From contig JAVLKG010000024.1 of NCBI GenBank assembly GCA_032128875.1, positions 1 to 22,469 on the forward strand: a stretch of 22,469 bases of DNA, read 5' to 3'. A program made the translations under genes and the position numbers. The DNA comes from Candidatus Melainabacteria bacterium 17Bon1m (GTDB taxonomy: Bacteria; Cyanobacteriota; Vampirovibrionia; Obscuribacterales; Obscuribacteraceae). Positions 12,001 to 21,000 of the stretch are shown here, one piece after another. The notes beneath the pieces were generated by a model that was given only the letters and a program-made list of their open reading frames with translations, was not told the DNA's origin and did no database searches. Within the stretch, counting starts at the first letter, position 1. Every line of letters begins with the position of its first letter.

Positions 12001-15000
12001 TCCATCACTATCTCGGGCACACTTTCCGGCAACGATATTCAGATCAACTCTGCCGGTGACTTGTTCGTCAACAACTCGGTCACAGGAACCGGTGTCGGTT
12101 CTGTCGTCAATCTCGTTGGCGCCGACAATTTCACTTCCAACGCGACCGGCACCGTAAGTGGTCATACGATCTCGATTGAAGCGACCGCAGGCGCAATTTC
12201 TCTTGGCGCAGGAGTAGACAGCACCGCTGGTGGCGCTGGAAACAGCGTTTCACTTACATCGTCCGCTGACATCACGCAGGCTGCCGTTTCGCAGATCGTT
12301 TCCAGCCCGGAAACGTTGAACTTGACGTCGACATCCGGAAGCATTGGTGTTCTGGGCACTGAAATTCTGCTCAATAACCCAAATAACGTTTCGCTCAATG
12401 CAGCTACAAACGCCTTTGTCATCTCGACTGGCAGTTTGAACCTGTTGGCTTCAAGTGCTGGTGGTTTGATGCTCATCGACACCACCTCGACAACGGGCGG
12501 CAGCATTCAAGTGCTTGGAGCCGTCACTGCTGGTGATGTTTCCTTCAGTGCCGGTGGTACAAACGGTGGCAACATCACTGTCAATGGCACGATTAACGTA
12601 AGCAATGTTCTTAGCTTGAGCTCGAATCAAGGAGCTTTAGCTAACGGCGATATCGTTATCAACTCGGCAATCGGTGGCGCAGACATCAGTCTCACTGCTA
12701 CCGGCACTCTGGGTAATGGCAACATTACAGTCGACGCCGCAGTTACCGGTGGTAATAACCCCGGCGACCTCGTCTTGCTGTCAGCCAGCAATGACATCAC
12801 GACGACTGCAACCGGCACAATCTCCGGATATGACGTCTCGCTCATCGCTGGCAATACAGCCACTCTGGCTGCCAGCGTGACTGGCGGCAATCAGGTGTCG
12901 TTGCAAACCGGTGCGTCTATAACCGATGCACAGGTTGGTTTCATCTCGGCACCGTCTGTGGTGCTTACCTCCGTTTCGGGTGACATCGGCTCGATTGGCA
13001 ACTTCGTAGATACGACGGCCAGCTCGCTGACATTGAGCGCAGCTAGTGGATCTGTCTTTGTCAATAACAGTGGCAATGTCGCTCTGCAAGCAAGCAGCGC
13101 TCTTAATGACTTCCGTCTCTCAACTGGCGGAGCCAACGGTGGCAGCATCACCGTCGCTGGCGCGCTGTCGGGCAACACCATTGTTCTCGATGCCAACACG
13201 GTTGTTCAGACCGGCGATGTAATCGTCGATGCAGCTATCACTGGTACCGGTGCTGGAAATTCGCTTGGAATTACTGCGGATAACGACATCACCACCAACG
13301 CTGGCGGCACAGTTGACGTTGACAACCTTGGATTCATCGCTGGAGGCGATATCTCTGTCGGCGCTAACGTGCATGGAACCGCTTCTGCTTCCACCTTCAG
13401 TTTCACGTCCACAGGCGGATTCTCGAGCGGTGTTGGCACTCTCATCGATGCCTTCTCGGTATCGGTCAGTGGCGGCACCATTTCACTGGGTGGCACAATT
13501 GACACCACTGCGTTCGGTGCAGGAAATAACGCCAGCTTGACCGTAACCACGGGCAACCTGGACGCAACCACTGTTTCGAGTGTTGCTACAGAAACTTTGT
13601 CCTTGACGGCTTCGGCTGGAGGCATCGGTGCTCTCGGCTCTGAAGTATTGATCACGGTCGCCAATCTGTCCTTGAATGCCAGCAGTGATGCATACGTAAT
13701 CAACAATGGCGATCTCAATCTGTTGGGAGCTACTATCGGAGGCATACTCAATTTGTCCACGGATGCCGGCGGCGACGGCGGAGACATTGTCGTAAACGGC
13801 GCCGTCAGTGCGTTTGATGTGATCATCAATGCCAACGCCGGTGGTGTTTCCAGTGGTGTGCTCACCGTTAACGACACGGTCACCGGTACGGCGTCTGTTC
13901 AGTTAATCGCGGACGATAATCTCGTCACCTCGGGCCCGGCAACTATATCCGGACCATCCATTCAGCTGACTTCGACAGGTGGTGATGTTGACTTGTCCGG
14001 TGATCTGACCGGCACAGGTCTGACCAGCACGATCGTTGTGACTGCAGACGGTTCTGTGACAACTAATGCCGGTGCTCAGGTGACTGGCAATCAGATCTCC
14101 TTCGTCGCCACGACAGGATCGATCTCACTTGGTGATACGGTCACCGCCTCCAATGCGGGCAACTCCATATCTCTCACTTCCTTCAGCGACATCACTGCAG
14201 CGAACGTAGCAGCAGTGTCCGGCGAAACCATCAACCTGACGTCAACCAATGGCAACATCGGCACGCTCGGCAGTGAAGTGGCGTTCGTCAACCCGACTTT
14301 CGTCTCGATGAATGCTAACGGCGACGTGTACGCAATTTCAGATGGAGGCCTCACGCTCAATAATTCGAGCGCTGGTGGAACCTTCAGCATCGATACAACC
14401 GCCAGTTCCACCGATGGTTCTGTAACCGTCGCCGGAACCCTGACGGCAACCGACGTTTCGCTCAATCTCGGTGGCGTTGACGGAGCCGACCTGGCAGTCG
14501 CATCCGCAGCGTCGATTTCGGCAACGACTGTGTCCGCAAGCACTCAGTCTGGCGGAATTCTGGCCGGCGAGATGGACATCAGCGGTTCGGTATCTGGCAG
14601 CACGAGCATTGTACTGAACGCCGCCGGTGACATAGACAATGTCTCCGGTACAGGTACAGTGGGCGGAAACTCGGTTTCCCTTACATCGGGCGCGGACATT
14701 GGCGTGACTAACTCGCTGTTGACCAATACGCCTTCGCTTACAGTTTCTGCAACCGGCAATGCCGATATACAGAACGCAGGCTCGCTCAATCTGCAAGCAT
14801 CGACAGTAGGAGGCACTTTTGATCTGGTCGCCGGCTTCGTTGCTGGTGGAGATCTCACAGTAGCCGGTGCTGTCACCGCAGACGTTCTCAACCTGTCAGC
14901 TACTTCGGGTCTGGGAATAAATGGCGACATCACTCTCGATGCCGCTATCACTGGAAGCACATCTGTCAGCCTGACTGCTGACGGCTCCATCTTGGATAAC

Positions 15001-18000
15001 GTCAACACGATCACAGGTTCTTCCATCACCTTGGATGCAGGCTCCAACATCGACGCGACAGTAACTAACGGTGCTACTGCCCTCGACTTGACTGTCACTG
15101 CCGGTGGCAATGCCAATATCGAGTACGTAGGCACAAACACACTGACACTGAACTCTTCCTCTGCTGTTGACTTCACTTTTGTGTCGACCCAGAACAACGG
15201 CTTCTTTGCAACCGGTGGCGATTCCACATTTACCGGAGTCTTGGACATCACTGCCAACGACGTCACTAACAACAACGACATCGTTGCCACGCAAGTTAAT
15301 GTCCAAAGTCTTGCTGGAAGCGGTCTGACATTTGACGGCGGCGCCGGACCAGGCGGCACGTGGGATGCCACGACTGGAAACGTGACCGTAAGAGCGACTG
15401 CAAACGATCTGACCATCGAAGGCATCACCACTTACCTCGCGGAAGCCAGGCTCTTTGCGAATCAAACAACACAGTCCGTCATTTTGACTGCTGGTTCTGA
15501 CTCTATTGCCACAGTGCAATCCTATGTATTCACTTCAAACCTGACTGGAACCGGCACATTGACTGGTCCATGGACTGTCACCAACGCAGGCACCTTCGCC
15601 AACAATCCCGGTGATGTCACATTGTCCGGTGCACTCACTTTCGCTGGCGACGTAGCGATTATTGCTACCGGCAATATCGACCTCACCGGCGCAACCATCG
15701 ACATGAGCGGAGCATCTGGCTTCGACCTGACAATGATGGCTGGTTATGACTTCACGCCTGGTACTGGTGGAACCCAAGTAATTGATGTGACGACGCCGTA
15801 CACCAACTTCACTGCCAATGCAACCGGCGGTTCGATTATCGGCGGAGCCACAATCAATACGAGTGGAACTGCAGGCGCAGGCGGCGATATCGTTGCCATC
15901 GCCAACGGTGGCAGCAATGTCGGCAGCGGCACGATCGATCTGGGCAGCATTACTGCAACAGGCACAACTACGGGCGGCAGTGTCACTGTGATTGCAGAAA
16001 ACGGCATCACTCTGACGGGTACGGTTGATACAACCGGAACCACTGCAGGAGGTAATGTCACTCTGGCTATTGCTGATGCAGTGGTACCGGGCGCATTCCA
16101 GATCCTTAACGGAACTGCCAGCGGCGGACCAATCACTGTTGGAACTGCTACTTCAGGAAATCTCTCATTCGGATCTATCAATGCAGGCACTGGCGACGTT
16201 ACTTTGAGCGGCGCAACCCTGGTTGGTGACACGATAAGCAAGTCAGGTACGTTGACCGCTGATGAACTCACCGTTAACACTGGCGCAGGAACGGCGAACC
16301 TCGGCGCGACCGTGGTCAACACCTTGAGCGGCGCCGGTAATGGTGATGTCACCGTCAACAACACAGGTGCCCTGGCTCTGGGAACATTCTCAGGCAATCA
16401 GGACGTCGTTGCGACCTCGACAGGTGCCATCACTGGTGGTGCTGGATCTGTGGGCAGCTTGACCTTGACCGGTGATGCAACTGCAGGCAACGCAGCAATT
16501 GACCTGAACGGAACATTGACTGCGACCAACTCCGCAGACCTCACCAGTACTGGTGGCGGCGACATCCGTGGCGGCATCGATACCGCTGATCTGAGTCTTA
16601 ACTCATCCGGCGACATCGGTGTCAGCAATGCCACTAGATTCTCGTCCAATGCATCAACCATGACCGCTAACGCTATAGGCAGCGCGTTCATCAATGCGAC
16701 CAACGCAACCGGCGTGACCTTCGATGGCGCTTCCGGCGCAGGAATTACCTTCGACGTGGCATCCACTGCAAACTTGAACAGCACTGCAGCGATCAGCGCT
16801 ACCAATGTTGTACTCAACAGCGGTGCTTCATTCGACCTCGACGGCTCCGTAACCGGCACAGTCATCGATCTAACTTCCGTGAATTCGATGAACAATGCAT
16901 CGTTCAGCGGCGGTCTCAGTACTGGCGACTTGCGCTTGACCGTAACCGGCGGTGATATTGGTGCCACTGGAGCAGGTAACGAGTTTGATGTAACCAACGG
17001 AGCAAACCCGCTCAGCTTGACCATCAATACTGGTACAGGTGATAGCTTCATCGACTACACCGGCACCAACGTCTTGACTCTCCAAGGTTCTTCCGGTGAC
17101 GACTTCACTCTCCGCACCAGCGGTGTGGGCTCCAGCCTTGTTCTCGGCGCTAACTCCACCTTCAACGGTGATGTGAGCCTGACGACCAACGATCTGACCA
17201 ACGCATTCGTGTTGACCTCCAACACAGGAAACATCGACATCCAAAGCCTGGCAGGCAGTGGCTTGATCCTTGATGGCGGCGCCGGTGGTACTCTCACCGC
17301 TACGTTTGGAATTATCAATGTCACAGCCACTGCAATGGATCTGACATTGCAAGGCGTGATGACCTACACCACAGTGGCCAACTTGTTTGCCAATACCCCA
17401 GGTCAGAACGTAGTTCTGGATGTCGGCTCCAACTCGATAGCGACGGTGCCTTCGTTCATCTTCACATCGAGCTTGACCGGTACCGGTACCCTCACAGGTC
17501 CATGGAATGTTGTCAGCTCAAGCACTTACGCTAACGATCCGGGCAATCTGATCATCAATGCGAACCTGACATTCTTCGGTTCTGATATTGCTTTGATAGC
17601 TTCCGGCGATATCGACCTTACGGGAGCCAATATCGACCTGAGCGGAACCACTGGCGGCAACCTCACCATGATTGCCGGATACAACTTCCAGCCGACTACC
17701 GGTGGCACGCAAGTCAATCAAAATGTCACCACGACATACGATAACTTCACACCTACAGGTGCAGGCTCGATCATCGGTGGCTCTTCAAATATCACTTTGA
17801 ACGGTTCCAACGGTAATGGCGGCAATCTCGTTGCTGTCGCTAACGACGGATCTGTGACTCTGGGCAATATCTCCGCAACAGGCTCTGTCGGCTTCAACGG
17901 CGGAAGCGTTCTCATTATCGGTGAAACCGGCATCACAACCGGAACAATCAATACGACAGGCGATGTTGTCAGCGGCAACGTAACTCTTGCAGTCGCTCAA

Positions 18001-21000
18001 CCTGACGTACCGACCGGAACCAATTTCCAAATCCTGGCCGGTACTGTTGTTAACGGAGCCGTTTCGGTTGGTGCAGCGACTAGCGGAAATATCACTGCCG
18101 GCGCCATTACCGCAGGCGGAGCGACCGTTACTGTCACCGGTGCAAATGGTGCCTTAGACAGCATTGATCTGACCGCCGGCGTTACCGCCGATACGCTCTC
18201 GATCAATACCGGCAGCGGAACGGTAGATGCCAACACCACCATCAACACACTCAACAGCGCCGGCAACGGTTCTGTCACGGTGAATAACACTGGAGCGCTG
18301 GCACTCAATACCATCTCCGGTGCCAACCAAGACCTCACGGCAACCGCAACCGGAGCAATCACCAATAACTCCGCGTTCACTATTGAGAATTTGACATTGA
18401 CAGGTAATGCTGCCAGCGGCAACGCTGCCGTAACTCTCGCTGGTGTCACCGCGACCGTATCTGCCAACCTGGCAAGTACTGGTGGTGGAGACATCTTGGG
18501 CGGAATTAGCACTGGCGATCTCATCCTCAGCTCCTCTGGAAACATTGGAGTGGATGCTTCGACACGCTTCACCACTGACGCCTCGACTATGACGGCAAAT
18601 GCAACCGGCAGCGCTTTCATCAGTGCCACCAATGCAGGCGGCGTTACGATCGACGGTGCTTCGAGTGCAGGCAACACGTTTGATATGACTGCTACCGGCA
18701 ATCTGAGCAGTCTGGTTGCAGGAACTGTCGGTGCCACAGACGTAATTCTCAACACTGGCGGATCGCTCGATCTTGATGGCGCTGTGACAGGCACCACCAT
18801 CGATCTCACTTCTGTCAATTCGATGAACAATGCATCGTTCACTGGCGGACTCAATACTGGTGACCTCTCGTTGACTGTCACTGCTGGCGACATCGGTGCA
18901 ACCGGCGTCGGCAATGCGCTCAATGTGACTAATGGCGCAAACCCACTCAGCCTGACCGTCAACACAGGCACCGGCGATAGTTTCATTAACTACACCGGAA
19001 CCAACCTATTGACCTTGATGGGCTCCAGTGGTGATGACTTCACCGCCACTACCAGTGGCGTGGGCTCTAGTTTCGCAACAGGCGCCAACTCCACGTTCAA
19101 CGGAAACGTCAGTATCACTACAAATGACATGACTAATGCGTTTGTTCTGACTTCCGACAATGGCAACATTTCAATTCAAAGCTTGGCCGGAAGTGGCTTG
19201 ACCATCGATGGTGGAGCCGGCGGAACCTATACCGCTACGAACGGCTCGATCAACATCACGGCTACTGCCAACGATCTGAGCATCTTTGGAGTAACGACCT
19301 ACACGACAGCTGCAAGTTTGTCGGCAAGCGGAACCGGTCAATCGGTCATCCTCAATGCAGGTTCTAACTCGATCGCCAATGCGCCATCGTTCATCTTTAC
19401 GTCGAACGTGCAGTTCAACGGCGGAGTTTTGACGGATGCGCCAGGACCCTGGAGTATCGTCAATTCAGGAACGTATGCCAACGATCCGGGTGACGTGACT
19501 ATTTCAGGTGCGATCAATATTTCTGGCGGCAATCTTGCGATTATCGCTGGCGGCAATATCGACTTGACTACTGCTTCGTTTAACCTCAGTGGTACTGACG
19601 GCGGAAGTTTGACGATGTTGGCTGGATTTGATTTCGAACCTCAAACAGGCGGAACTCAAGTCAACAACGATGTTTCCACCATCTACGATACCTTCACCAA
19701 CTCAGCCGGCGGCGGTAACATCATCGGTGGAGCAAACATCAACTTGAGCGGCAGCGCTGGCAATGGTGGCAGTTTGATCGCACTAGCCAGTGGCGGTACC
19801 ACAAATGCTGGAACTGTCACCCTCGGCAATATCACCACCAGTGGTACCAATAATGGTGGTGCTGTGCGGATTATCGCTAGCAGCGACATTACAACCGGTA
19901 CGATTACAACAACGGCAGGAACAGGCACTAGCGGTGCAGTTGATCTCACTGTCGGTACGCCGACAGTCGGAACTGGCACTAACTTCCAGATCCAAGGCGG
20001 CGTCATCATTACCGGTGCCAACACAATAGCGAATTCCGACCTGACAACAGGCACCATTACTGTGGGTACTGTTGACGCTGGATTCTCGAGCTTCTCTGCA
20101 CAGACCGGTGCAAGTGGCGCGATTGTGATCGGTGGTGGTTTGTCCGTCAAAGACATCACTCTGAATACAGGAGCGTTAACCTTCTCATCGCTCACCACGC
20201 TTTCATCTTCGTCAGATTCCAATGGCGATGCGGGAACGATTGACGTTACTGCATCTTCAGTGACCGTCACGGGTGGTCATTTGATTCTGCAAGCTCAAGG
20301 CACAGGTGCTGGTGATGGCGGAGTCATTGACTTCACCTATAACAATGCCGGAGGTGTAACTCTCGGCACCAGTGGTTTGTTCGAGTTCCAAATTGGAGCG
20401 TCCGGTACTGGAGACAGCGGAAGCGCGACCTTCACTTCGCTCGGTAATGTGACTCTTGACTCCAACTCATTCGTTGGCACTTCCGGCGGAAACGGCGGTG
20501 GTGCTGTGGTCAACACGACACAAGGCATCCAAGTTCTGAGTGGAGCATTCGACCTGACTGGAGCACTTAACGGTGCAACCATTTCGTTGACTGCTGGTGG
20601 TGGAATGGATCTCTCTTCCGGAGTTGGATTCTTCGATCAAGCAAATGCTGTGGGAGCCAACTCAGACGGTGGAACCTTGATTCTGCGTGCTGCAAGCTAC
20701 ACGCTCCCGACCGGCGTCGGCTCTGCATCGGACAACGCACTCGAGCTGACAGCAACGGCCAATGGAACCGGCAACAACGGAACCATCGTCTTCGAAACTA
20801 ACTCGACGACGCAAATGTTTGTCGGCGCTCCGGCGAAAGCACCGAAAGGCGCAGTGTTCTTCGTGACTGCTAATGCTTCTGGCGGTGGCGGAGATGCAGG
20901 TTCGATCACACTGGCAACAGGTGGCAACTTGACCGTCAACGACATTACTGACCTCAGTGCAAGCAGCTCGTTCTCGGCGGGCGGTGACCTGGATGGTGCA

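Larger units (their letters stand above)
5341..15000 (+). repeat. Degenerate ~80-210-aa beta-helix modules, each with an L-x-L-x-S-x-x-G-x-I-G motif plus variable loop
   Basis: G-x-(I/V/F/L)-G cores (one starts with A) at 5362, 5734, 6028, 6304, 6589, 6961, 7390, 7750, 8107, 8470, 8710, 9064, 9649, 10009, 10645, 11281, 11836, 12337, 12979, 13618, 14251 and 14692. Many spacings are 354-372 bp. Confidence 0.8.

Noticed and set aside
3317-20029. Short + strand frame-2 ORFs (3317, 5189, 8348, 8966, 12674, 13229, 16025, 19790)
   Set aside because: They are 60-103 aa, lie out of frame inside the giant CDS, and have no recognisable motifs.
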